Shown: one piece after another, positions 50,896-64,000 of the stretch
Position numbering within the stretch: the first letter of the stretch is position 1
Layout of the letters: every line of letters begins with the position of its first letter
DNA from: Octopus sinensis
Lineage: Eukaryota
DNA length: 64,000 bases
Reading direction: 5' to 3'
Assembly (NCBI RefSeq): GCF_006345805.1
Contig: NC_043003.1
Span: 2,170,001 to 2,234,000, forward strand
Made by a program: the position numbers and the translations under genes
Notes under the pieces: generated by a model
The model's input: the letters and a program-made list of their open reading frames with translations, nothing else
What the model was told of the DNA's origin: nothing
Database searches by the model: none

Positions 50896-52049
50896 CAAAG
50901 CCCTGATGCCTTGTGGGGTGAGTTATCAAGGGTTTAAAGAAAGGATAAGGGAATAAACCCCTACGAAAAATCCAGAGGGAGTGACTCTTAGGCAGATATG
51001 TTTGATTATACTTAACCAATATCTGACATCCAGTGCAACTCCATGGATGCTGCAAAGGTATTGACTTGTCTTTCTTTCATGGAATATCAAGGAATGGTAA
51101 GCATACTTGGGACTAGGCATTTGCTTCTGGAAACAGCCCAGCCCCAGCAGGGCTGATTAAGTTACTGTTTCTACTGTCAACCAATGAAGAAAAGGGCCAA
51201 CCATTACTAAGTCTTACTGAATTTTCTGTTTGATTACTGTTTCTTTCTGAAAAAAGTTGACCCCATTTCCAGTGAACTTCTAACAGCAGATAAATTATGG
51301 CAAATTAATAAGTTTGGCCCTAATCCCATGAAATGGTTACAAGCCAGCAAAGGAGCCTGCACATGGTTCCTCAACCTGCTAGAAATACTAATTAAACCTC
51401 TCATCAATTACATCCTACCCTCTTAAGTAAATAATGAACACATTAGCCATGACAAAATAGGTCAATCACAACTGGAATGTCTTTGATCTTGAAACTCCTC
51501 AATTAAGATTGCTTTGTAACTAACACAACAACCATAATAAGTTTAACCCAACACAAAGAGAGAGGCTGAGACAACAATTACAAAAAGAAAAGAAAAGAAA
51601 TTAGAAAACACAGCTATTAAAACAAAGTAACATCCTCTTGTCTATCTAGAAAGGATGTTTATTCCATCATTACTTAATGACACTCTGAGATATTTATTTA
51701 ACCAACCATCTGCTCCGCATCAATTATTCTTCACCCAATAATTATGGGTGCAGAAGAGAAGCCTATATAACAGGCTTTACAGTAGTCGTTGTATAGCAGA
51801 AACCTGTTACAGTATAACAAGATTTAACAATGTGGTAATACCGACTCAAAAGAGAACTTGATGTGATAAGTGAGTGTACTGCAACTGTCCGAGTCATTCA
51901 CAACAAAAGCACTCAACAGTAGACTTCCTCTGACCCGGCACCACTTGAGAGCCGAGGATTGGCAGATAAGTTTTCAGATATCTGATCATCACTTTTAAAT
52001 TACTATAGCACTTTATTAAACTCATTAAAACTCCCTTTATAAATATATA

Positions 52050-55000
52050 TCATCATCGTTTAACGTCCACTTTCCATGCTGGCATGGGTCGGATGGTTTG
52101 ACTGAGGACTGGTGAGCTAGAAGGCTGCACCAGGCTCCAATCTGATCTGGCAAAATTTCTACAGCTGGATGCCCCTCCTAATGCCAACCACTCCAAGAGT
52201 GTAGTGGGTGCTTTTACGTGCCACCAGCACAAGGGCCAGTCAGGTGTTTCAGGCAACGACCATGCTCGAATGTTGCTTTTCAAATATATATATATGTGTG
52301 TGTGTATATACATACATACCTAGACACAAGCTTACTGTTAACAAAAGTTGGGATGGCGTTCAGTTATTCCATAAAGGAAAAATGCATTAAATACTACAAA
52401 ACATAGAAGTAGGACAGACACCAGGACCCTAATTCTTCATCAGTTATCGACCGATGTATATAGATGTCCTCCTCATCATCAACATTTCACATCCGTTTTC
52501 CATGCTGGCATGGGTGGACAGTTTGACAGACGAACATCTTTCCTAGAACCAACCACTTTACAGAGTGTACTGCTTGCTTTTTATGTGGCACTAGCACTGG
52601 CGCTTTTTATACGGTACCATCTTTGTGTGTGTGTACTTTTTACCTTTAGCTTGTTTCAGTCATTAGACTGTGGCCATGCTGGGGCACCACCTTGCGAAAA
52701 TATTTTTACTCGAATGAATCAACCCCAGTACTTATTTTTTAAAGCCTGGTACCTATTCTATCGGCTTCTTTTGCTGAACTGCTAAGTTATGGGGATGTAA
52801 ACCACACACACACTTGAACTTCTTTCAGTTTCCATCAACCAAATCTACTCTGAAGGCTTTGGTCAACCTGAGGCTAAAATAGAAGACAGTTGGTCATGGT
52901 GCCATGCAGTGGGATTGAACTTGCAACCATATGGTTGGGAAGCACACACACACACTCATCAGTATTATCATTAATTTTCTGAATATAGCAGAAATGAGAA
53001 AAATAGGAAGAAATATAATTTAAGAACAAGTTTTATTAACCTGATAAAAGACAGGAACCGTTGCAGAGAGAGGAAACCATTAAGCTGTTGGTTGAGAAGC
53101 AACAATCCACAGAAACCTTATTTTGATGACCCTAACTCAAGGAACTCAAATTCTTCTCCATTTTCTCACCAAAGCATAAGGTGTTCTCATATGTCTGTAA
53201 CGTTAGCATTTAGCATCCCAGAAACCAGGTGTTTTGTACCCAGGTTATATGGATTTTATACCTGATATAAATTACTGTGGATAAAGAAAGTCACAGGTAA
53301 CTAGAGTTCTTCAGGCACAGGTATGGTTGTGTGGTAAACAATTCGCCTCCCAACCACATGGTACAGGGTTCAGTTCCACAGTGTGGTTGGTACCTTGGGC
53401 TGGTGTCTTTTGCTATAGCCTCAGGCCAGCCAAAGCCTTGTAAATGGATTTGATAGACAGTAACTGAAAGAAGCCCATCATGTGTATGTGTGTGTGTTTC
53501 TTTGTCCCCCCCCCACCATCACTTGACAACCGATGTTGGTGTGTTTACATCCCCATAACTTAGTGGTTCAGCAAAAGAAACCGATAGAATAAGTACTGGA
53601 CTTAAAAAGATAGGTACAGGGGTCAATTTGTTTGACTAAAATTCTACAAATCTTTTCGCTTTGACCGGCAGATTTTTAAAATAATTTCTTTGTAACTAAA
53701 CACTTTCAAACTTTGAATACTGGTAGAATACATATATACAACAGGCTTCTTTTCAGTTTCTGTCTACCAAACTTTGTATACTTGTAGAATCTCTTGGCTT
53801 TCTTGAGAAAAGTCTGTAGTTTGTTACAAAGAAATTATTTTAAAAAATTTGCCGGTCAAAGCGAAAAGATCCAATTCTTCAAGGCAGAGCTCCGGCATGG
53901 CCAGAGTCTGATGACTGAAACAAGTATAAAATATAAAAGCTACACTGATGCAATGAACAGAAATAATTGTCCAGGCATCTGTTTTGTTGCAAACCAATAG
54001 TTGTTAGGACATCTGTTTACTGCAAACCAAACAACCACAAAGCTCCATTTAAACAGCAGAGGCTTTTTGCTGTGCGTAGAATATAAAAGGAAAAAAAACG
54101 ATAAACACCTGGCAAAAATCAATGGAACAACTGACAAGAAACAGTTACCGAAAGAATAAGTTGTGCAGAACAGATCTTGGATCCAGTTACTAAGATGCAG
54201 ACATCTCAAAATTTGCCCTTGGCTTCATTACGTTGCAGGGCTTTGGCCGAGAAAATATTTTAACCATTTAGCCTTCAGATTACTCTCTTAAACATAATAC
54301 TTATTTCTTTATAACATTCTGCAATTAATCAGACATTATCTTATAAGCTTTGAGATCTTGATGCTGTTGTTATTCTTTTATTCTTTTACTTGTTTCATTC
54401 ATTTCACTGTGTCCATGCTGGAGCACTGCCCTTAGTCGAGCAAATCGACCCCAGGACTTATTCTTTGTAAACCTAGTGCTTATTCTATCGGTCTCTTTTG
54501 CCGAACCGCTAAGATAAGGGACGTAAACACACAACCATCGGTTGTCAAGCGATGTTGGGGGAACAAACACAGACACACACACATACACACACATATATAT
54601 ATACGACAGGCTTCTTTTCAGTTTCTGTCTACCAAATCCACTCACAAGGCTTTGGTTGGCCCGAGGCTATACTAGAAGACACTTGCCCACGGTGCCACGC
54701 AGTGGGACTGAACCCGGAACCGTGTGGTTGGTAAGCAAGCTACTTACCACACAGCCACTCCTGAATGATGTTGTAGGGCAGGCATGAAAGGCTGGACCTT
54801 GCCTATTTGAATGCAAAGCAGCAAGAATAATAGGGCCCGGTGTGACCAGTTTAAATGCTAAGGGCTTAAAGAAGAAACAATAAGAAAAAAGAAAGAATGG
54901 AAACTCAAAAATAAAATAAACATTAAGTGCAAGAACGGCTGTGAGGTAACGAAGCTTGCTTTGCAACCACAAGGTTTCAGGGTTCAGTCTCACAGTGCAG

Positions 55001-55290
55001 CTCCTTGGGCAAGTGTTTTCTACAACAGCCCTGGGCCAGCCAATGCCTTGTGAGTGAATTTGGCAGACAGGAACTGTATATGTCAGAACAAAGACACACA
55101 GGAACCTGCATAAAAAGCACCCAGTATGCTCTGTAAAGTGATTGGCATCAGGAAGGGTATCCAGTCATAGAAACCAGGCCAAAATGGACAATGGAGCCTG
55201 GAATGGTCCTAGCTTTACCAGCTTGCGCCAAATCATCCAACCCATGCCAGCATGGAAAACAGGTGTCAAATGATGATGATGATGATGATC
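52050..55290. mobile_element. Mixed cluster: RTE tails (about 52050-52265 -, 55110-55290 +) and SINE family A copies (about 52640-52940 -, 53315-53650 +, 54370-54765 -, 54935-55080 +)
   Basis: Same diagnostic motifs as the copies listed above. Confidence 0.8.
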
Positions 55291-56178
55291 TCTACAAGAG
55301 ATCAGCCAGTGGGATGTGTGAGCTTTTGCAACCATTGTCAATTTTGCAGCTCCACTGGTCATGGAATATCTTTCTAAAGAAATGATAGACTGCTAAAAAT
55401 GATGAATCTAATAAAACCGTTGTCTTTCAGCAACATTGAATAAAACCATAACAAAGAAGCAAGCCGTGCATTCGAGGCAAGCAACCGGCAACGAGGCCGG
55501 ACATTTTGCCAACTCTGCTTAATTACTTAATGAAGTGTTCAGCATGGCAGAAATCACAGACCTTATCTACTGCTGCTGATGCTGTTTTATTAAACCATTT
55601 TAATATATTGGTTCCAAATTAGGGCACAAAGCCAACAATTTCAGGGAGTGGGGGGGGGGAGTCAATTACAATGACTCCCCCCTCCCTTCCTCTGCTCAAC
55701 TGGTACTTATTTTATCAACCCTGAAATGAGGAAAGGTAAATCCAACCTCAGCAGAATTTGAATTCAGAATGTAAAGACAGGTGAAATGCCACTGTGCATT
55801 TTGCATAACATACTAACGACTCTGCCAGCTCGTTGTATTAAACCATTTTAATATTTTGGAGAAGAGAAAAGGGGCTTATGATATAAGTTTTTTTTTTTCA
55901 CTTTGTGTGTACCAAATCCACTCCCTTCACTCAGCCCAAGTCCATAATAAAAGACATTTCTCCAAGGTGCCTCCTTTGAGTGGAACTGTACCTGAAACTA
56001 TGTGGTTGGTGGAACAAGCTTCTTACCACACAGCCACCCTTGCACCTGTCGGGAGTTATTGCAATGCTGTTTGGGAAGACATGACTGCAGTGGTAAGCAA
56101 TGAAACACAAAGGGTCCTGAAAGCCATCAAGATCAGTCTCAGACAGGAGTAAGATGACAATGGTCTTTAGATGGAGAG

Positions 56179-56909
56179 CAGGGGTTCTCAACCATTTTTA
56201 TCTAAGGACCCCTTTGATTCTTATTTTACTCAGAGGAAGGGTCCCTCATTGACAATCGATGATTAAAACAATCTATCTTTATAATTAACCCTTTTGAAAC
56301 CAACACGGCTGAAACTGCCTCTGGCTCTGTGGTACAAATGTCTTGTTTTCATAAGTTTTGAGTTAAAAATCTTCTACCAAACCTTAGTCACAATTTATGT
56401 TCCTAACACTAGTTGAAAGATAACTAAGTTATTTTACTAAATTCTTTTGTTATATTTAAAGTTAATTGAAAGCAACACAGAGCATCTCAAAATAAATAAA
56501 ATAATGAAAGGGTTAAAAAATATAATAGAGAAACTATTCTTAACCCTTTTGATACCAACCCGACTGAAAGTGCCTCTGGCTCTTTAATACAAATGTCTTG
56601 TTTTCATAAGTTTTGAATTAAAATCTTCCACCAAACCTTAGTCTCAATTTATGTTCCTAACACTAGCTTAATGGTAACTAAGTTATTTTACTAAATTCTT
56701 TGTTATATTTAAAATTAATTGAAAGAAACACAGAGCATCTCAAAATAAACACAGTAACGAAAGGGTTAAATATTAGAAATTGTATAAAAACGTTGAAATA
56801 TTTTGTGTATTCTAGAAGTATAATCAATTTATTGCAGATATCTTTTAACAACAAAATCTTACATGGACCCCCCATAAGGGCCATATGGGCCCCAGTTGAG
56901 AACCCCTGA
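56179..56909. mobile_element. hAT-like MITE (14-bp TIR CAGGGGTTCTCAAC) carrying a nested piggyBac-like MITE dimer at 56289-56765
   Basis: CAGGGGTTCTCAAC at 56179 and GTTGAGAACCCCTG ending at 56909. Inner units 56289-56512 and 56544-56765 are each bounded by TTAA-CCCTTT...AAAGGG-TTAA. Confidence 0.8.
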
Positions 56910-57697
56910 TCTGGAGTAATCACAAGAGGAAAGCAAGTTATTTTTGGATCAGAACTGGAGCTCCTGACTTTGCCTCCAATACACCTTAAACGTTAACGCT
57001 TTGGCTACCAAGGGGTCACCTGTGACGATTTCTTTTTTAAGGAGCCTCACATAAATGCAGTTCAAATTCAAATTTTAGGAGACATACAGAAACATTTTCT
57101 TTTTTTTTTTTTCAGTTCCCCACAGAATGTGACAAGGCTGGCCCTTTGAATTACCCCTCATTTTTGCCAGCTGAGTGGACAGGAACAACGTGAAATAAAT
57201 TGAAATAAAGGATACAATGTGCCGCCAGGAATCAAACCCGTGACCTTATGATTTTGAGCTGAATCCCTTGACCCCTCAGCCAAGTGCTTTTACACCAGAA
57301 CATTACATACATGCGTGAGCATGTCTATATATGCGACTATATGCATGAGAAGACATACATAAAACAAAAGCATTCAAGTCTGCACATATACATACAAAAA
57401 TACCCTGTTGTTGAGGTTGAAATTCCAATGAAGGAGCCCTGGATCTAGGTTAGAAACTAGCTGTTTCGCTTTTGGCAAGAAATCTTGAAATAAAACTGAA
57501 GACACACACATACACACACTGGCTAAAAGAATTTTAAAAATGTATAATTTATAACCAGATTAGTTGGTCAAGAAGAAAATATGGTACAAATTGCGTTTCA
57601 TAGGCAAAGGTATTAATGCAGGTAAAATTTCCAGGGCAGTAAAAGTTGTAGTAATTAGAAACTTGAAAATAATATTAGCAAAGGGCAAAACACTTAC

Positions 57698-57846
57698 ATT
57701 AAATCTGGTCGAAAACGGTGAATAAGGGCACAGAATGCCAGTCCATCTCTCCATGAAGTTGTCATGTTTGTAATTTTAACATCACGATAGCCTTCACACC
57801 TGTTCTTACACCATTGCTGCAACGCACGTAGCTTGGCCTGAGACAT
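57698..57846 (-). CDS. MICALL1/2: MICAL-like protein, first coding exon (start of calponin-homology domain)
   Basis: Reverse strand reads [49 protein letters not shown](I), a typical MICAL-like CH start. Ends AT|gtaagt (phase 2). An in-frame TAA 3 codons upstream of the ATG excludes an upstream monooxygenase domain. Acceptor ttttgtag at 57921-57922 gives 74 nt of 5' UTR in this exon. Confidence 0.95.
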
Positions 57847-59149
57847 GGTTCGTTTTTATATCAACACATTTAGTAATTCAGCTTTTGAGCATAACCTTTT
57901 TCCTGATAACAGAAAACTTCCTACAAAAAAAGAAAAAAAAACCCAATGGGATGTCAACACATCTGTTCACACAGAGAAGCATTTAATATATTCATTATAG
58001 AATTATTTACATAAATTATATAAGTTGTTTATATAATCTATTTATTATGTAAACAAATTTTTATCATAAATTAACTGAAGACATTGACTCACTTCATCAT
58101 TAAAATAATTGCTAATTGAAGTTATAATCAAATTCAGTCAGTTAGTTCTCATCTCATACAAGTCATCATTATTAACATGGCCTCTGTGTATCCAGGCAAT
58201 GTTCACCTTGGCCTTTGTTAGTGCCCATGTGTGAGCTCTATACAACAGATTCTCTATTGTTGCTCTGAAGAATCTACATTTCAGGCCTCAATCTAGATTT
58301 GATCTCCATATTGTTGTCATTACATGAGAATTGCTAGTTAGAGCTGACCAATCCACTGGATTAACATACACGGAAAGGAAATGACCAAGACATCATACCA
58401 AAAAACACAGGTCTTTCAGTTGGTATTGCATTGCTATTGGAGTCAATCAAAGAAGATCAACAACCGTTACTATGAATGGTATGCTTGAAGGCTTACACTT
58501 GAAGTTCCCCTCTCTTAATCTAAAAGCAATTATTACCTGAGAAGGGTAGAATCTGAAAGAAGTGATAAACTTCTAGAATGTTGGAACCAAGATAACTCAA
58601 CGAAGGAAACTAATGGTCAAGATTGGTCTTAAGATTCCTGGAATTCTATGATGCAACTTCATCTAACTGCCCCAAACACAATTCAATAATCCAGTGAACC
58701 ACTTCGTCACCTACCAATCTAGCAAACACAAACCAAACAGGTATCATTCTCATTAGGGAACAGGACAGGCAGACTATTGTAAATTTTAACCCCTTTCCTA
58801 GTGAAGAATGCACAACCCAACAGAGGTTAGTGGTAAGTGACGTGAGAATTAGAACTAGATAGGCACAGAAACAGAATACCATCTGTGGAAGGAAAAGACA
58901 GAAGCTAAAAGAACCCACAATTGGTTAGAAGTTTAGAGAAATTCTAGCTGATGCAAATGACAATAGATGAGAGACAGATACAACAGGGAGTTCAGGTGAG
59001 ATCCCTGGCTGAGAATTACTGATCCAGGTGATGACATGGTGGAATAAAATGGTAGACAGAGCTATAAAAGTTACAAGATAGACTTAGGGAATCTGAAATG
59101 ATGGTGGGAGCAGAGATCCTTATCAGTGGGGCTAGAAAGGAATCCCAGG

Positions 59150-59390
59150 TGGCAAGTCTGCTCAGCAATGGAAAAAGCAGAGACTTGCACATGTTCTATG
59201 ATATAAGAAATGGAGGTGTGAGGTGTTCCACATGAGAAGCTTGAGGAAACCAAGGTGTTGCCAAAGAGAAATGTATCTGAAATGATGGTGCTACACTCGC
59301 AATTAATGTTGATGACAGGAAAGAGGTATGGAAGTGATATAATAAAAGGGTAATGAACAAGGAGATGGCATGGGATAAAAAGGTCTGCCC
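59150..59390 (+). mobile_element. Old RTE fragment
   Basis: GNQGVAKEKCI*NDGATLA..DDRKEVWK*Y..RVMNKE..WD parallels RENSDVIGEKCVRMDDGALAF..EKKEAWRSHYERLLNEENEW at 61040-61170. Confidence 0.55.
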
Positions 59391-60675
59391 CCTTCTGACC
59401 CAACAGAGGGACCAGCAATATGTAAATATATATGTCTATATATATATATATACATGTATCAGCATAGAAAACAGATGAGATGATGCGTGTGTGTGTGTGT
59501 GTGATCATTATCATTTAATATCAGCTGTCCATACTGGCATGGGCTGGATGGTTTGACCAGAGCTGAGAAACTGGGAGGCTGTACCAGACTCGACTCTGAT
59601 TTGACATGGTTTCTATGGCTGGATGCCCTTCCTAACGCCAACCACTTTGAGAGTGTAGTGGGTGTTTGTATACATGACACTGGTACAGATGCCATTGACC
59701 TGACACCGGCAATGACCACGACTACAGTCTGACAGGTCAACACATGCACAGCATATCACCAAAGTTCCCAGTCACCTGCCACTGTCTCTATGAGGCCCAA
59801 TGTTCAAACGGGGCACTTTGTGTATCATCGGAACTGGTACCAGTCAGGCATCGGTGATGACTGCGATTTCACTTGGCTCGAAAGGTCTTCATATCACCCA
59901 ACATTTGAAGGGTGCTTTTAATGTGCCAGTCACATGACACCAGCCACAACTTGGCTTCGTGGGTCTTCTCAAGCACAGAATAAGTTTCTTATTATAGAAC
60001 TGCTACACAGCTAATCGCATTCTAGAAAAGAGGAAGAGAGCAGTTAGGGGGGGGCGACTGGAAAGAGATTAAAATAGCAGTGACGAGGTGCCAGGGTGGA
60101 TTCTCAAAATACAGGGGGAGTAAAAGAGAGTGAGGACAGAAGATGGTAACGTGGGTGGGTAGAGGTAGCATGAGTGTACGGTAGGGGAGGGATGTGAGAA
60201 ATGGTTAGGGATGGGGTAGGAGAAAGAGGGTGAATATTTTGAACAAGTGGTGAAGGATGATGGGTAGGGTAAGTGAGGAAAAGGAAAAACTAGGTGATGT
60301 ATACATGAATGTACATACCTATGTGTACCTAAGTGTACATACAGTCAATTTGAGGGTGTAATGTCCTCCTTATGGATTATAAATGGTATTATGAATGGTA
60401 TTTTGGGAGAATTCTGTCAATACACAGGGCTAAACAGGGATAATTTACATTTATATTAATACAAGAAGATGGAGAAAAAATATTGTGGATACTTATTTGA
60501 TTTGTGTCACAATAAGAACATGGCAAATAGTTTAATACAAATGAAATTTAAAGGAACATCAATTAAGCAAAGAAAAGGGCCTACACATGTTTCACATGAT
60601 TGAAACATGTTTAGGCACTTTTCTTTGCTTAATTTGTTTTTTTTTTTGCTTATTAATATGTGTGTGTGTATGTGG

Positions 60676-60716
<41 letters not shown>

Positions 60717-60861
60717 TTCAGCAAAAATTTAGATTCAAATGAATATGGTACTTAATTTAGATGCACCAGAATTTTGTATGGTGTTATCCATAAAAATCCG
60801 TGGGGTGATTATAATCAAAATAAGCAACAAGAATGTGAAAGAAGCCCATCGAATATATATA

Positions 60862-63212
60862 TCGGGCCTGGAAAGCCTGGAAGGATGGGGGCAGCAGGGA
60901 ACTGTACCAGATAGCCAAAAGGGAGGCTGGGCGGCAGCTATACATTGCCAAAGATGTAGCAGAAAAGAAGAAGTTTGCCAATGTCCAGCGTCGCGAGGAT
61001 CAAAGAGCTGAAGTATTTCGGATTGCCAGACAGTGTGTCAGAGAAAATAGCGATGTTATAGGAGAGAAATGTGTCCGCATGGATGATGGGGCACTTGCTT
61101 TTACTACTAGTGAAAAGAAAGAGGCTTGGAGAAGCCATTATGAAAGACTGCTGAATGAGGAGAATGAATGGAGGAGAGAGCCTGCCAAATGTTGACCCAG
61201 TAGAGGGTCCAGCTACCCGAATAGACAGCTCCCTTGTAGATAAGGCAATTAAGGATATGAAACCAGGCAAAGCCCCTGGCCTATCAGGAATCACTGCTGA
61301 GATGCTTAAAACAGCTGGCTATGTGGGCTATGCCATAGTCACCCGCATTGTAAACCAGGTAGTTCACAATGGAGTCATACCCAATGACTGGTGCAGCAGC
61401 ACCATAGTCAACTGCTACAAGGGTAAGGGTGATGCTCTAGATAGAAATAACTACAGAGGTATCAAACTGTTGGACCAGGTGATGAAGGTCTCAGAGAAGG
61501 TCATAACCAATCTCATTAGGGAGAGAATTTGTTTAGATGAAATGCAGTTCGGTTTTGTACCAGGTAGAAGCACCACTGATGCTATATTCCTGGTCCGACA
61601 ACTGCAGAGAAGTACCTAGCTAAAGATAAACCCCTCTACATAACTTTTGTAGACTTGGAGAAAGCCTTTGACAGGGTTCCCCGTTCCCTTATCTGGTGGT
61701 CGATGCGGAAACTGGAGATTGAAGAATGGCTAATAGGGCTGTACAGGCTCTATACAGAGAGGCTGTCAGCAAGGTTAGGATTGGCAACGAATATAGTGAA
61801 GAATTCCGGGTAGAAGTAGGTGTGCACCAGGGCTCAGCCCTCAGTCCCCTTTTATTCATCATAGTCCTTCAGGCAATAACAGAGGAATTCAAAACGGGAT
61901 GCCCCTGGGAGCTCCTCTATGCCGATGACCTAGCTCTCATAGCAGAATCACTACCGGAACTAGAAGAGAAATTTCGGGTGTGGAAGCAAGGGTTGGAATC
62001 AAAGGGCCTTAGAATAAAGTAGCAAAGACCAAAGTATTAGTAAGCAGCAAGAGGTACTCAGCACACCCCCCCTCGGGTAGGTGGCCCTGCTCAACCTGTA
62101 GAAAGGTACAGGTAGAAACTCCATAAGATGCACCCAATGTAAGTTATGGACACATAAGAGGTGCAGCAACATTAAAGGGAAATTAACAGATAAGATAGCT
62201 TTCATGTGCGGCAGATGCACAGGGACAATAGACACAACAGACACTCAGAAAACAGATTCCATCACACTCCAGGGAGAGAACTAGAAGTAGTTGATAGTTT
62301 CCGCTACCTGGGTGACAAGTTAGTAGCGGAGGTGGATGCACAGAGAGTATCACCACTAGAATACGAATAGCCTGGGCAAAGTTCAGAAAGCTCCTACCCC
62401 TACTGGCAACAAAAGGTCTCTCCCTCAGAGCAAAAGGTAGATTGTATGATGCATGTGTGCGAACTGCCATGCTTCACGGTAATGAAACATGGGCTGTGAC
62501 TGCAGAAGACATGCGTAGACTTGAAAGAAATGAAGCTAGCATGATCCGCTGGATGTGTAGTGTCAGTGTGCACGCAAGACAGAGTGTAAGCATCCTGAGA
62601 GAAATGCTGGATATAAGAAGCATCAGATGTGGTGTGCAAGAGCGACGCTTGCGATGGTATGGTCATGTGCTGCGGATGGATGAAGAGAGATGTGTGAAGA
62701 AGTGCCACTCCCAAACAGTTGAAGGTATCAGGGGGAGAGGTAGACCCAGGAAGACATGGGATGAGGTAGTCAAGCATGACCTCAGAGCATTGGGCCTCAC
62801 TGAGGCAATGGCGAAGGACCGAGATCTCTGGAGATATGCTGTGACTACAAAGACCCGGGCTGCTTTCTGCAGCAATTCCACATACCCCCTACCCATTCTA
62901 AGTACCCTGGATCCCCAAAGTACCCCGATCCCCAAAGTACCCGGACCTCGTTGCCCCCGTGCCGCTGACACGTTAAAAGCTCGAACCGATCGTGACCGAT
63001 GCCGGACCCTCCGGCCCCTGTGCAGGTGGCACGTAAAAAGCACCCAATCCACTCACGGAGTGGTTGGCGTTAGGAAGGGCATCCAGCCGTAGAAACTCTG
63101 CCAGATTCAGACTGGAGCCTGGAGCGGCCCCTGGCTTCCCAGACCCGGTCGAACCGTCCAACCCGTGCTAGCGCGGAAAGCGGACGTTAAACGATGATGA
63201 TGATGATGATGA

Positions 63213-63216
<4 letters not shown>
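60862..63216 (+). mobile_element. 5'-truncated RTE-clade LINE (RT domain, C-terminus, 3' UTR and (GAT)n tail), frameshifted
   Basis: KPGKAPGLSG, NNYRGIKLL, QFGFVPGRSTTDAIF, FVDLEKAFDRVP, GVHQGSALSPLLF, LLYADDL (YADD 61918-61929), LRWYGHVLRM and RGRGRPRKTW. The 3' UTR ends in GAT repeats. Confidence 0.93.
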
Positions 63217-63269
<53 letters not shown>

Positions 63270-64000
63270 TTTGTGTTTGTCCTCACTTGGTAACTGATAT
63301 TGGTGAGTTTACTTCCCTGTAACTTAGCAGTTTGGCAAAAGAGACCAATGGTTTAAGTACCAGGCTTAAAATAAAGAAAACCAAAAAAAGCAATGGGGAT
63401 GGATCATTCGACTAAAATTCTTCAAAGCAGTGCCCCAGCATGGCCACAGTCTAGTGACTGGAACAAAAAAAGACACACACACACACACACACACACACAA
63501 CTACAATAATAACTTTGCATACTCATACACACACCCCCACACATAGATACGGTGACCATAATACTTCATGTGGATTTATAATGCAACGTATATAAATAAT
63601 TACATAATTTTTTCCCTGTTTATTCTTTGCATGTCATTGAATGTGGGTCACACAAATCTAATTCCTAAGAATGAAAAACCTTTCTCTCTTTCTCACATGT
63701 TCACTGCCGTCATTCCTTCACAAAAGAATAAAGAAATAAAACAACCAATCAACACCCAACCCTCCGTGCACCTATGTATGAGTAATATTTTAGTATTTGT
63801 TGGCCTATGAGGTGTGTGTGTGTGTAAGCCTGTGTGGGTGGGTCTCGGCATTGCATGCGTGCACTTCTATTTTGTTATGTGTGTGTATATATTGCTGGGA
63901 ATATTACGGAATATGTGCGCAACTCTCTGCATACATACAGGTGGATGTAAGTGTGTGTGTGTGTGTGTGTGTACATATATATAGGTGCATAAATGTTTAT

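Overview
Eukaryotic, AT-rich and repeat-dense genomic DNA, most likely from a coleoid cephalopod (Octopus-like). This is inferred from the tRNA-derived SINE families, the RTE and CR1 LINEs and the long TA/TACA microsatellites. The only host gene I can support is a minus-strand MICAL-like gene (CH - LIM - long disordered region - bMERB). I reconstructed six coding exons with GT-AG sites and consistent phases: 57698-57846, 48865-48913, 47125-47263, 43867-43997, 38969-41050 and 16967-17072. The remaining 3' exons, and probably a non-coding first exon, appear to lie outside the window. The rest of the window is intronic and filled with mobile DNA: CR1-like LINEs (one with an unusual Myb/SANT + polyQ + CCCH ORF1), an RTE LINE and many copies of its 3' tail, three tRNA-SINE families, piggyBac/hAT/Helentron-type MITEs, and Penelope-like relics. 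The most interesting signal is a set of at least nine minimal type I hammerhead-ribozyme-like motifs from about six sequence families, several inside fold-back elements. One family fuses a tRNA-like Pol III head to a hammerhead tail and occurs twice as a long inverted repeat. All calls were made by eye; repeat boundaries are approximate (about 10-30 bp) and no database search was run.
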